Of a DNA stretch of 64,000 nt, positions 25,895 to 37,329 are shown piece after piece (positions within the stretch are counted from its first letter, which is position 1; every line of letters begins with the position of its first letter). The translations under genes were made by a program, and so were the position numbers. The notes beneath the pieces are model-generated. The model was not told the DNA's origin, did not search any database, and saw only the letters and a list, made by a program, of their open reading frames with translations. Source of the stretch: Squalus acanthias (taxonomy: Eukaryota). Location of the stretch: NCBI GenBank assembly GCA_030390025.1, contig CM059432.1:111478001-111542000 (forward strand), given 5' to 3'.

Positions 25895-27065
25895 GTAAGC
25901 TATCCATGTGCACACACCAGCATGTATTTCTGACCGAATGTCACAAATCCTTGAGCATTGTAAATCTGTAGCTTCGTAAATGCGCCGTGACAAGAGTGAT
26001 GTCATTGGTCTCCAAAGCTGCTGTTACACAATTGTTTATTCACTTAGTCAAAGCTGATTTCCATAGAAACATGAGGCTCAATGCTTGTGCTAATGAGCGA
26101 AATAAGCACTGCACTTAGCTGCACAAATTGAAATTGGGGTATAAAATTGGATGGACCATTAATAGAGAAGAAAATTGAGCAGAGTTGTAAAATGAACCCA
26201 GTGTAATTCTGTATGCCAGCGTGGTATGTGACAGGCTAAGAAATATAACCGTGTGAACTTGAGTTGAGCTGGGATTTTCATTTTTTAATCTCGGTGAATA
26301 ATTATCATCTGGACAGGAGAAAAAAAAATAGTGATTGATAGAATTGAAGAATGCCAGAGCATCCATCTTTGGATATTGATTCAAGACTGAAAATAGCTGG
26401 AGTTTTTACTTCGCAAAACTTTTAAATTCTGAGGCAATTCACTGATGGGTGATGGTGTTTGCAACATTATTGTGGAGCTATATCAAGACTTGATATAGTC
26501 TGGAAAGATTAATTCACTGCCAGTTACATCCCAATTATATGTAGCAGTAATGTTACATTGAATTTTAGTGCAATTATTATTTAAAAGGTAAAACTCACTA
26601 GCAGTGGATCCTATGTTCCTTGATTAAGTTTGCTTGTAGTTTAATAGCCTCATATGCCTCATGCATTGTACCCTTATTTTTAGGGCTGGTTGATCTGAAA
26701 GGGGAAACTTCAATATATCTGATCATTAGTTTGACTCTTTAATTTTGATCTGTCCTCTTTCCCCCCCCACCAATCCATTTCCCTTAATTTAACTGTAAGC
26801 CATGTTTCTATCAGTGTCAATAACATTAAAGGGAAAACACATAGGATTACCTACAGTATCATAACACATCTGAAAAATGTTAACACTGAGCGAGCAGCAA
26901 CCCAACCTGAGACTGGTGCAAGGCTGACAGATTGCTTCCATAAACTATCCCGCAGTCTCTTAGCGCTTGCGTCCCGTAAAACAACTCTCATCAGACCAGA
27001 AGTACTTAGTATACAGCTTTTAATATAATCGCAGTTCAAACCTGAAGATCACTTAGTGCATACTT

Positions 27066-27575
27066 AGTGATGGAATACCCTCCACTTGCCTGGATGAGTG
27101 CAGCTCCAACAACACTCAAAAAGCTCGACACCATCCAGGACAAAGCAGCCCGCTTGATTGGCAGCCCATCCACCACCTTAAACATTCACTCCCTCCACCA
27201 CCGACGTACCGTGGCTGCAGTGTGTACCATCTACAAGATGCACTGCAGCAACTCGCCAAGGCTTCTTCGGCAGCACCTCCCAAACCCACGACCTCTACCA
27301 CCTAGAAGGACAAGGGCAGCAGGTGCACGGGAACACCACCACCTCCAAGTCACACACCATCCTGTCTTAGAAGTATATCGCCGATCCTTCATTGTCGCTG
27401 GGTCAAAATCCTGGAACTCCCAACCTAACAGCACTGTGGGAGTACCTTCACCACACGGAGTGCAGCGGTTCAAGAAGGCGGCTCACCACCACCTTCTCGA
27501 GGGAAATTAGGGATGGGCAATAAATGCTGGCCTTGCCAGCTATGCCCACATCCCATAAACAAATTAAAAAAAAAT
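27066..27575 (+). mobile_element. LINE family X 3' end
   Basis: ORF 27067-27510; AATAAA and A-tail. Confidence 0.85.
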
Positions 27576-29387
27576 ACACTGGTGTAAGTGACAATGAAAA
27601 GTATGATTTCAGATTTCCAGCATCCGCAGTATTTTGCTTTTGAGTGAAAAGTACGAGTTGATTCTCCAGCATGTCACTGATGTAAAGTGCATTTGTCTAA
27701 TAATTAGAGGACAGGTAGAGAAATGCTCGGAGGATAACAATCTACACGAGTGAGTTTAAAAAAAATTGAAATTGACAAAATCGATCAAGCGGGAAATTAC
27801 ACATTTATTAATTTTCATTTTGCATCACAAACAATTGTCCTCTATTGGCTTGAAAGTTAATGTTTGTTGTATTTTATTACTACTAGTGCAGATTTGTACA
27901 GTTAAATGGGTTTGTGTCTGCCCAGTGTACAATTACAGTTTGCTACCTAAAATCCATCTCTTTGTCATTTAAAGCTGGACTTATCTAATTAGTTTTGAGT
28001 TGGACTGAAATTCTGTTACTTGTAAGCCCAAGTCTGGTTTCGCTGCCTGCTTTCTTTTATTGCATAGATCAAGTCAGCATTTAATAGAAACCTTACAAGT
28101 TTAAAATAGCCTTTTTAAAGGGCTCCATGTTCAGAATTAAATGGGAATTATCAGCAGTGTAAGTGGGTCCAGCAACGTCTGCATACATAGCAATCTGACA
28201 GCAAAACCTCTCACTTTTCCTTCCATCTGATCCATCAGATCTTGCCAGGCAGCCCTGCAGTTTCAGCCCCTGCAATACTGACATTGACCTTGCGGACGAG
28301 CTGGTCGGGTGTCAGCAGATACCCCACCATCTCCTACAGAATCATTCTTGCCCTAAACCCTTTCTCATGTGATGATTAGCAAGCCACCTCAGTACCATCA
28401 GTATCATAAGATTTAGATTAGCAATGGAGAGGAGCAAGGAACAATTTAGAGTGGAACTTCTAAACTGGAATAGGGCTAACTTCAATGGGATGCGAAAGGA
28501 TCTAGCCAGGGTAAAATGGAACCAAGACTGACAGGAAAAACTGTAACGGAACAATGGGTGATCTTTAAGGAGGAGATGTTCCAAGTACAGGCTAGGTACA
28601 TTCCAACAAGAGGGAAGGGTAAGGGAACCAAAGCAAGGGCTCCTTGGATGACGAGGGAGATAGAGAAGATGATGAAACAAAAAAAGAGGGTGTATGACGC
28701 ATGTCAGGTGAATTCTTCAATGGAGAACCAGACCAAATACAATAAGTTGAGAGGGGAAGTGAAGATGAAAATAAGATTGGCAAAGAGAGAATATGAGAGT
28801 AGAATGGTGGTTAACATTAAAGGGAATCCAAAAATCTTCTACCAGCATGTAAACAGTAAGCGGGTAGTAAGTGGCGGGGTGGGGCCTATTAGGAACAAAG
28901 GTGATATATGCTTAGAGGCACAGGACAAGGCTAGAATACTCAATGAGTACTTTGTATCGGTGTTTACTAAGGAGGTGGATGCTGACAAAATATTGGTAGA
29001 AGTGGAAAAGTTAGAAGCAATGGAAGGAGTGAAAATTGATAGACAGGATGTACTAGAAAGGCTGGGTATGCTTAGAGTGGACACGTCGCCTGGTCCAGAT
29101 GGCTTGCATTCCAGGTTGCTAAGGGAATTGGGGGAGGAGATAGCGGAAGGGCTTGCCATAATTTTCCAATCTTCCCTAGATGCGGGGGAGGTGCCTGAGG
29201 ATTGGAAATTGGCAAATGTGACACCATTGTTCAAGAAAGGGTGTAAGGACAATCCTAGTCACTACAGGCCGGTATGTTTAACATCAGTACGATAGCAAAA
29301 TACTGCAGATGCTGGAAATCCGAAATAACAACAGAAAACGCTGGAAAAACTCAGCAGGCCAGGCAGCATCCGTGGAGAGAGAAAGAG

Positions 29388-29424
29388 AGTTGACGTTTCA
29401 GGTCGATGACCTTTCATCAGAACT
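29388..29424 (-). ncRNA. Minimal type I hammerhead ribozyme (family A)
   Basis: Sense AGUU-CUGAUGA-A-AGGUC-AUC-GACCU-GAAA-CG-UC-AACU: intact core, stem I AGUU/AACU, stem II AGGUC/GACCU, loopless palindromic stem III ACGU, GUC triplet. Confidence 0.88.
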
Positions 29425-29700
29425 GGGAAGAGCTGGAAATCAAATAGATTTAAGGCCAGGGTAAAGCTGGGAAAAGGGGGAGGGGATAAAGGAACAAAGG
29501 AGGAGATGAAGAGACATTAAGAGACATTAAGAGATATGCAAGGCTAGAGGTGGTGTTAATGTGACAGATTAAGGCTGAATGAAGTGTGAAATCTACTGGC
29601 AGAATGAAGGACAGCTGCCAGCTTCTAGGAGGAAAAAAAAGGTGGGGGGGACAAATAAAAGGGTGGATAAAATAAAATATAAATGTGATTGGAGCTGAGG

Positions 29701-32616
29701 TTATGATCTAAAATTGTTGAAATCGATATTGAGTCCAGAGGGCTGTAGCGTGCCTAAACGAAAGATGAGGTGCTGTTCCTCGAGCTTACGCTGAGCTTCC
29801 GTGGAACAGTGTATTAGGCCGAGGACGGTGAGGTCAGAGTGGGAGTGAAGCGGTGAATTAAAGTGACAGGCCACCGGGAGCTCGGGGTCCCCCTTACGGA
29901 CTGAACGGAGGTGTTCCGCAAAGCGGTCACCCAATCTGCGTTTGGTCTCCCCAATGTAGAGGAGTCCACATCGTGAGCAGCGAATACAGTATACTAAATT
30001 GCAGGAAGTACAAGTAAATCGCTGTTTCACCTGGAAGGGGTGTTTGGGGCCCTGGACAGTGGGAAGAGGGGAGGTATAAGGGCATGTGTTGCATCTCCTG
30101 CGCGTGCACGGGAAGGTGCCGGGCGAAGGGGAAGGGGTGCTGGGGGTGGTAGAGGAGTGGACTAGGGTGTCGCGGAGGGAGCGGTCCCTGCGGAATGCTG
30201 AAAGGGGAGGTGAGGGGAAGATGTGTTTGGTGGTGGGATCACGCTGGAGGTGGCGGAAATGGCGGAGGATGATCCGTTGAATGTGGAGGCTGGTGGGGTG
30301 AAAGGTGAGGACAAGGGGAACCCTATCGTGGTTCCGGGAGGGAGGGGCAGGGGTGAGGGCAGATGTGCGGGAGATAGAACGGACACGGTCGAGGGCCGTG
30401 TCGACCACGGTAGAGGGGAATCCTCGGTTGAGGAAAAAGGAAGACATGTCGGAAGCACTGGTATGGAAGGTGGCATCATCAGAGCAGATGCGGCGGAGAC
30501 GGAGAAACTGGGAGAATGGAATAGAGTCCTTACAGGAGGCGGGGTGGGAGGAAGTGTAGTCCAGGTAGCTGTGGGAGTCGGTGGGCTTGTAGTGAATGTT
30601 AGTCAATAACCTATCCCCAGAGATGGAGATGGAGAAGTCGAGGAAGGGAAGAGAAGAGTCGGAGATGGACCATGTGAAGGTGAGGGAAGGGTGGAAATTG
30701 GAAGCATAGTGAATGAAATGTTCTAGTTCAGGGCGAGAGCAGGAGACGGCACCGATACAGTCATCAATGTACCGGAAAAAGAGGTGAGGGAGGGGACCCG
30801 AGTAGGACTGGAACAAAGAGTGTTCCACATATCCCACGAAAAGGCAGGCATAGCTAGGACCCATGCGGGTACCCATAGCAACACCTTTAATTTGGAGGAA
30901 ATGGGTAGAGTCAAAGGAGAAGTTGTTCAATGTGAGAACAAGTTCAGCCAGGCGGAGGAGGGTGGTGGTGGATGGGGACTGGTTGGGCCTCTGTTCAAGG
31001 AAGAAGCGGAGCGCCCTCAGGCCATCCTGGTGGGGAATGGAGGTGTAGAGGGATTGTACGTCCATAGTGAAGAGGAGACGGTTGGGGCCGGGAAACTGGA
31101 AACTGTTAAAATGGCGGAGGGCATCGGAAGAGTCGCGGATGTAGGTGGGAAGAGACTGGACAAGGGGAGAAAAAATAGAGTCGAGATAGGAAGAGATAAG
31201 TTCCGTGGGGCAAGAACAGGCTGAAACGATGGGTCTACCGGGGCAGTCCTGTTTGTGGATCTTGGGAAGGAGGTAGAAGCGGGCTGTGCGGGGTTGGGGA
31301 ACTATGAGGTTGGCGGCCGTGGGGGGAAGATCTCCAGAGGAGATGAGGTCAGTGACAGTCTTGGACACGGTGGCTTGATGTTCGGTAGTGGGGTCATGGT
31401 CCAGGTGGAGGTAGGAGGAGGTGTCAGAGAGTTGCCGTTCAACTTCCGCTAGGTAGAGGTCGGTTCGCCAAACAACAACAGCGCCACCCTTGTCAGCAGG
31501 TTTAATGACAATGTCAGGGTTGGATCGGAGAGAATGGAGTGCTGCAAGTTCAGAGGGAGGTAGGTTGGAGTGAGTGAGGGGAGCAGAGAAATTGAGCTGG
31601 CCGATGTCACGGCGGCAGTTAGCAATGAAAAGATCAAGAGAGGGTAAGAGGCCAGAGGGAGGGGTCCAGGTGGAACGAGAATTCTGAAAGCGGGAGAAAG
31701 GGTCAGCCGTGCGGGGGGAAGACTCCTGGCCAGAGAAGTGGGCACGGAGACGGAGGCGGCGGAAAAAGAGCTCAGCATCGTGCCGAGCTCGAAATTCATT
31801 GAGATGGGGGCGTAAGGGGATGAAGCTCAGGCCTTTGCTGAGGACTGATCGTTCGGAGTCAGAGAGGGGAAGGTCAGAGGGGATAGTGAAAACGCGGCAG
31901 GGGGTGAGATTGGGAGAAGGGGGGTCAGAGGAAAGTGAAGGGGAAGAAGGTTCCGGAGGGGCTTTAGTGTCCAAGAGTTGTTGAAGCTTGCGATCCTTGA
32001 CATCGGAAAGGAAGAAGAAAAGTTTTTTGTTGAAGCGTCGGATGAGTCTAAGGATGAAATGGAACTGTGGACCCGGACAGCTTTGAGATAGAGTGCGTCG
32101 GTGCTGCTGAAGAGAGATGTCGAGAGTGTTCATGTGGCGCCGCATGGCATTGAGCGTGGATCTCAAGATGCGGCGAGAGCAGTAGTTCGAGGAACGATGA
32201 ATATCTTGGAGATATTTGTAATCCTGGGTGGATCCGAAACACGAAGGGTGGAAGTTTAGTTGGAATCCACGTGGGATAAGTCGGAACCGGAGACAGTTGC
32301 TGAGGAAAGTAATGTGGCTGTGAAACCGAGTCTTGGCAGATACCTGATCAAACACGAGAAGGGAAACTGAAATCAATGAAGATGAACAAGGTTGAAGAGC
32401 CAAACGGAAATCCCGTCGAAGAGAAGAGCAGAACTTCTTCAAGGTAGGCATTCCAAGAAGAGAGGTGGCAGTGAACCAAACACTAATACGATAGCAAAAT
32501 ACTGCAGATGCTGGAAATCCGAAATAACAACAGAAAACGCTGGAAAAACTCAGCAGGCCAGGCAGCATCCGTGGAGAGAGAAAGAGAGTTGACGTTTCAG
32601 GTCGATGACCTTTCAT
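29701..32616 (-). CDS. Penelope-like RT + GIY-YIG endonuclease, uninterrupted ORF (971 aa; alternative starts at 32568 or 32451)
   Basis: PLE RT motifs IKPADKG, FYLLPKIHK, GRPIVS, MDVQSLYT, GVAMGT, RYIDD; Cys-rich linker CTRRRCNTC; GIY-YIG variant LVYCIRC...LYIGET...RFAEH. Confidence 0.95.
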   Translation of the reverse strand: MKGHRPETSTLFLSPRMLPGLLSFSSVFCCYFGFPASAVFCYRISVWFTATSLLGMPTLKKFCSSLRRDFRLALQPCSSSLISVSLLVFDQVSAKTRFHSHITFLSNCLRFRLIPRGFQLNFHPSCFGSTQDYKYLQDIHRSSNYCSRRILRSTLNAMRRHMNTLDISLQQHRRTLSQSCPGPQFHFILRLIRRFNKKLFFFLSDVKDRKLQQLLDTKAPPEPSSPSLSSDPPSPNLTPCRVFTIPSDLPLSDSERSVLSKGLSFIPLRPHLNEFRARHDAELFFRRLRLRAHFSGQESSPRTADPFSRFQNSRSTWTPPSGLLPSLDLFIANCRRDIGQLNFSAPLTHSNLPPSELAALHSLRSNPDIVIKPADKGGAVVVWRTDLYLAEVERQLSDTSSYLHLDHDPTTEHQATVSKTVTDLISSGDLPPTAANLIVPQPRTARFYLLPKIHKQDCPGRPIVSACSCPTELISSYLDSIFSPLVQSLPTYIRDSSDALRHFNSFQFPGPNRLLFTMDVQSLYTSIPHQDGLRALRFFLEQRPNQSPSTTTLLRLAELVLTLNNFSFDSTHFLQIKGVAMGTRMGPSYACLFVGYVEHSLFQSYSGPLPHLFFRYIDDCIGAVSCSRPELEHFIHYASNFHPSLTFTWSISDSSLPFLDFSISISGDRLLTNIHYKPTDSHSYLDYTSSHPASCKDSIPFSQFLRLRRICSDDATFHTSASDMSSFFLNRGFPSTVVDTALDRVRSISRTSALTPAPPSRNHDRVPLVLTFHPTSLHIQRIILRHFRHLQRDPTTKHIFPSPPLSAFRRDRSLRDTLVHSSTTPSTPSPSPGTFPCTRRRCNTCPYTSPLPTVQGPKHPFQVKQRFTCTSCNLVYCIRCSRCGLLYIGETKRRLGDRFAEHLRSVRKGDPELPVACHFNSPLHSHSDLTVLGLIHCSTEAQRKLEEQHLIFRLGTLQPSGLNIDFNNFRS

Positions 32617-32623
32617 CAGAACT
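32587..32623 (-). ncRNA. Minimal hammerhead ribozyme (family A) in the upstream pseudo-LTR
   Basis: Same sequence as 29388-29424; predicted cleavage between 32591 and 32590. Confidence 0.88.
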
Positions 32624-34106
32624 GGGAAGAGCTGGAAATCAAATAGATTTAAGGCCAGGGTAAAGCTGGGAAAAGGGGGAGGGGATAAAGGAACAAAGGA
32701 GGAGATGAAGAGACATTAAGAGATATGCAAGGCTAGAGGTGGTGTTAATGTGACAGATTAAGGCTGAATGAAGTGTGAAATCTACTGGCAGAATGAAGGA
32801 CAGCTGCCAGCTTCTAGGAGGAAAAAAAAGGTGGGGGGGACAAATAAAAGGGTGGATAAAATAAAATATAAATGTGATTGGAGCTGAGGTTATGATCTAA
32901 AATTGTTGAACTCGATATTGAGTCCAGAGGGCTGTAGCGTGCCTAAACGAAAGATGAGGTGCTGTTCCTCGAGCTTACGCTGAGCTTCCGTGGAACAGTG
33001 TATTAGGCCGAGGACGGTGAGGTCAGAGTGGGAGTGAAGCGGTGAATTAAAGTGACAGGCCACCGGGAGCTCGGGGTCCCCCTTACGGACTGAACGGAGG
33101 TGTTCCGCAAAGCGGTCACCCAATCTGCGTTTGGTCTCCCCAATGTAGAGGAGTCCACATCGTGAGCAGCGAATACAGTATACTAAATTGCAGGAAGTAC
33201 AAGTAAATCGCTGTCCTTGTCCTCACCTTTCACCCCACCAGCCTCCACATTCAACGGATCATCCTCCGCCATTTCCGCCACCTCCAGCGTGATCCCACCA
33301 CCAAACACATCTTCCCCTCACCTCCCCTTTCAGCATTCCGCAGGGACCGCTCCCTCCGCGACACCCTAGTCCACTCCTCTACCACCCCCAGCACCCCTTC
33401 CCCTTCGCCCGGCACCTTCCCGTGCACGCGCAGGAGATGCAACACATGCCCTTATACCTCCCCTCTTCCCACTGTCCAGGGCCCCAAACACCCCTTCCAG
33501 GTGAAACAGCGATTTACTTGTACTTCCTGCAATTTAGTATACTGTATTCGCTGCTCACGATGTGGACTCCTCTACATTGGGGAGACCAAACGCAGATTGG
33601 GTGACCGCTTTGCGGAACACCTCCGTTCAGTCCGTAAGGGGGACCCCGAGCTCCCGGTGGCCTGTCACTTTAATTCACCGCTTCACTCCCATTCTGACCT
33701 CACCGTCCTCGGCCTAATACACTGTTCCACGGAAGCTCAGCGTAAGCTCGAGGAACAGCACCTCATCTTTCGTTTAGGCACGCTACAGCCCTCTGGACTC
33801 AATATCGATTTCAACAATTTTAGATCATAACCTCAGCTCCAATCACATTTATATTTTATTTTATCCACCCTTTTATTTGTCCCCCCCACCTTTTTTTTCC
33901 TCCTAGAAGCTGGCAGCTGTCCTTCATTCTGCCAGTAGATTTCACACTTCATTCAGCCTTAATCTGTCACATTAACACCACCTCTAGCCTTGCATATCTC
34001 TTAATGTCTCTTAATGTCTCTTCATCTCCTCCTTTGTTCCTTTATCCCCTCCCCCTTTTCCCAGCTTTACCCTGGCCTTAAATCTATTTGATTTCCAGCT
34101 CTTCCC

Positions 34107-34143
34107 AGTTCTGATGAAAGGTCATCGACCTGAAACGTCAACT
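34107..34143 (+). ncRNA. Minimal hammerhead ribozyme (family A) in the inverted arm
   Basis: AGTTCTGATGAAAGGTCATCGACCTGAAACGTCAACT read directly on the + strand. Confidence 0.88.
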
Positions 34144-35952
34144 CTCTTTCTCTCTCCACGGATGCTGCCTGGCCTGCTGAGTTTTTCCAGCGTTTTCTGT
34201 TGTTATTTTGTTTAACATCAGTGGTGGGTAAAGTTTTAGAAACAATAATCAAGGAAAAATTAACGGGTACTTGGAGAGGGTTAAACTAATTAAGGAGAGC
34301 CAACACGGATTTGTAAAAGGCAGATCGTGTTTGACTAATCTAATTGAATTTTTTGATGAAGTAATGGAGGATTGATGAAGGGAATGCAATGGATGTTGTC
34401 TACATGGATTTTCGGAAGGCGTTTGACAAAGCACCACATAGAAGGTTGGTTAACAAAATTGAGGCTCATGGAATAGGTGGGTCAGTGGCAGCTTGGATAA
34501 GGAATTGGCTTAAGGACAGAAAACAGCGAGTTGTGGTAAATGGCTGTTTTTCAGACTGGAGGATGGTAGACAGTGGTGTTTAACAAGGGTCAGTTCTGGG
34601 GCCACTGCTTTTTTTGATATATATAAATGACCTGTATATTGGAATACAAAGTGGAATTTCTAAATTTGCCGATGACACCAAACTTGGGGGTGTGGCAAAC
34701 AGTGAGGATGATACCAATCGACTACAACAGGACATAGAAAGGCAAGCAGAATGGGCAGACAAGCGACAGATGGAATTTAATACAGAGAGTGTGAGGTGAT
34801 GCATTTTGGCAGAAGGAACAGGGAGAGGCAATATACACTTAATGGCACAGTTTTAAAGAGTGTGCAGGGACAGAGGGACCTGGGAGTTAATGTGCATAGG
34901 TCCCTGAAGGTGATGGGACATACTGAGAGAGTGGTTAACAAAGCATATGGGATCTTGGGCTTCATAAATAGAGGTATTGAGTACAAAAGTAGAGAAGTTA
35001 TTCTGAACCTTTATAAAGCGCTGGTTAGGTCACAACTGGAGTATTGCGTCCAGTTCTGGTCACCACGCTTTAGGAAGGATGTGAAGGCCCTTGAGAGGGT
35101 GCAGAGCAGATTTACCAGAATGGTTCCGGGGATGGGGGATCTTGGCTACAAGGACAGGTTGGAGAAGCTGGATTTGTTTTCATTAGAGCAAAGGAGGTTG
35201 AGGGGTGATTTGATAGAGGTGTACAAGATTATGACGGGTTTGGATAGGCTAGACGGGGAAAGGCTGTTCCCACTAGTTGATGGTACAAAGACTAGGGGAC
35301 ACAGATTTAAGGTTTTGGGCAAGAGATACAGGGGGGATGTGAGGGAAAACTTTTTTACGCAGCGAGTGGTGAGGACCTGGAACTCACTGCCGACGAAAGT
35401 GGTGGAAGCGGAGACACTCAATGTTTCCAAGGGGAGACTGGATCGGCACTTGAGGGAAATAAACTTGCAGGGCTACAGGGATAGAGCCGGGGGAATGGGA
35501 CTGACTGGATTGCTCTACAGAGAGCCGGCACGGACTCGATGGGCCAAATGGCCTCCTTCTGTGCCGTTATGACTCCACGACATACTCTGCTGCTGCATTT
35601 TATCAGACTGCCAGCCTTTGTTCCTCTCAACCCGAGAATTCTTAAGAATTTCTCCATCTAGTATTATTCCCCATCTCAGCATTAAAAAATATACAAACAT
35701 ATATGTTGAATAAAGTGTTATTACTGTGATTAAGCCTGCCTTGCCTGAGATTGTACTCAAGACAGCAATTATTTCCCATGTCGGGAAATTTATTACTATA
35801 CATTGTCACAACATCCAGTGATTCATTTGAGCGTGAGAACAAATACACCTTCGAAAGTATTAGTTTTACACTGAAAGGGAAATAAACAAATGGATGGACG
35901 TTATATGCTGATCTGCATTTCTGTTAAATTTTGTTTGTTTAAATAGGAGGAC

Positions 35953-36418
35953 TTTTTTCTTTATTCATTCAGGGGATTTGGGCGTCGCTGGTAAGGCTGG
36001 CATTTATTGCCCATCCCTAGTTGCACTTGCAGAAGGTGGTGATGAGCCTCCTTCTTGAACTGCTGCAGTCTGTGTGGTGATACTTTGTAGCGGTTTGGTA
36101 CAACTGAGTGGCTTGCTCGGCCATTTCCGAGGGCAGTTAAGAGTCAACCACATTGTTGTGGGTCTGGAGTCATATAGACCAGACTAGGTAAGGACGGCAG
36201 ATTTCCTTCCCTAAAGGACATTAGTGAACATTAGATGGGTTTTTACGACAATCCGCTAGTTTCATGGTCACCATTACTGATACTAGCTTTTTATTCCAGA
36301 TTTATTTAATTAACTGAATTTAAATTCCCCAGCTGCCGTGGTGGGATTTGAACTCACATCTTCGGATCATTAGGCCTCTGGATTACTAGTCCAGTAATAT
36401 AACCACTATGCTACTGTT
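35953..36418 (-). mobile_element. tRNA-derived SINE with a LINE-family-X tail (partial + copy at ~62500-62715)
   Basis: Sense A-box TAGCATAGTGG and B-box GTTCAAATCCC; 3' ~130 nt matches the family X 3' end. Confidence 0.75.
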
Positions 36419-36556
36419 TCCTGTTGCTATGCTACTGTTCCCTGGGACTTTGTTTAAATATTAGGAGCTAGATAAACAAAATATAAAGATTTTTTTTCCT
36501 GCTTGAGCCAGGTTTGCTTGAATATCGTCACATTTTGTCGGCCATCCAAACTTCAA

Positions 36557-36773
36557 GGGTAAAAAATTGAGTCGTGCCCCCTTTGGGGCGCTAACTTCGC
36601 CAAAGTAGTGCCCCGAAAAAATTAGCGCCCCCCGCGGCCGAAATTCACTGGTAGCGCCCCAAGAGGGAAGCGGGGTGCTACTGGAAGTGCGCCTCTTGGG
36701 GCGCTGCGAGTGAATATCGCGGCACTACCCTCTTAGGGCACTAACGGGAGGCGCAAAGCTGAATTTTTAGGCC
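36557..36773. mobile_element. Harbinger MITE related to the autonomous element
   Basis: Both ends match the autonomous ends in reverse orientation; flanks CAA/CAA; many AGCGCC motifs. Confidence 0.8.
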
Positions 36774-37329
36774 CAACAGACTTAATTGCCTTTAGCTGGG
36801 TTTGCAAAGCGAAAGGCAATGTTAATTACATATGTACTGTTTCGACAACATTGATTTTATGAATTTTAATTGAGGCTTGGCCTGCTGAATATTGAATTCA
36901 CATTCTTTTATTGATATTGTTGATTTACACATATTTGGCAGCAAACTCAGTTACAGCCACACACGCTGCACTTTTCCACTTGTGTCTTTTATTTTTTTTA
37001 GAGAAATACTTTTTTGAGGTTTTCCTTTAATCTTATTTTCTGCTGTATAAAAATTAAAAAGTCCTGTGTTCCACAGTAAGTGGAATTTAATTAGCAATGC
37101 TAATCAAGAATCTTTTAAACGCACATTCTTTATATTTTCCCCTCACCTGTTTCTCCTCAGGATGTTGACTCCTACAGGAATATAGTCCCAGAAATACTAG
37201 CTGTACTCTGGTACCTTGGCCAAGTGGCCATTCTTCATGTGTCAGCCCAGACAGAGGGTATTGACAGCTATTACATTATCAAAGCCAAGACAGATCCTCA
37301 TCTTGCCCAACGTCCACATGTGTTTTTCA

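Larger units (their letters stand above)
29289..34208 (-). mobile_element. Penelope-like retroelement, full-length unit + upstream tandem pseudo-LTR + inverted segment (family A; probably Neptune-type)
   Basis: TSD TGTTTAACATCAGT at 29275-29288 and 34209-34222. Unit 1 is 29289-32487; the tandem partial repeat is 32488-~33214; the inverted copy is ~33215-34208. It interrupts a CR1. Confidence 0.95.
28387..35580 (+). mobile_element. CR1 LINE ORF2, split by the Penelope insertion
   Basis: SPGPDG...PEDWKLANVTPLFKKG...YRPV before the insertion; DFRKAFD, FADD and LEYCVQFW after; several stops. Confidence 0.9.

Noticed and set aside
26960..27000. CTGATGA on the minus strand
   Set aside because: No stem II or GAAA in hammerhead geometry.
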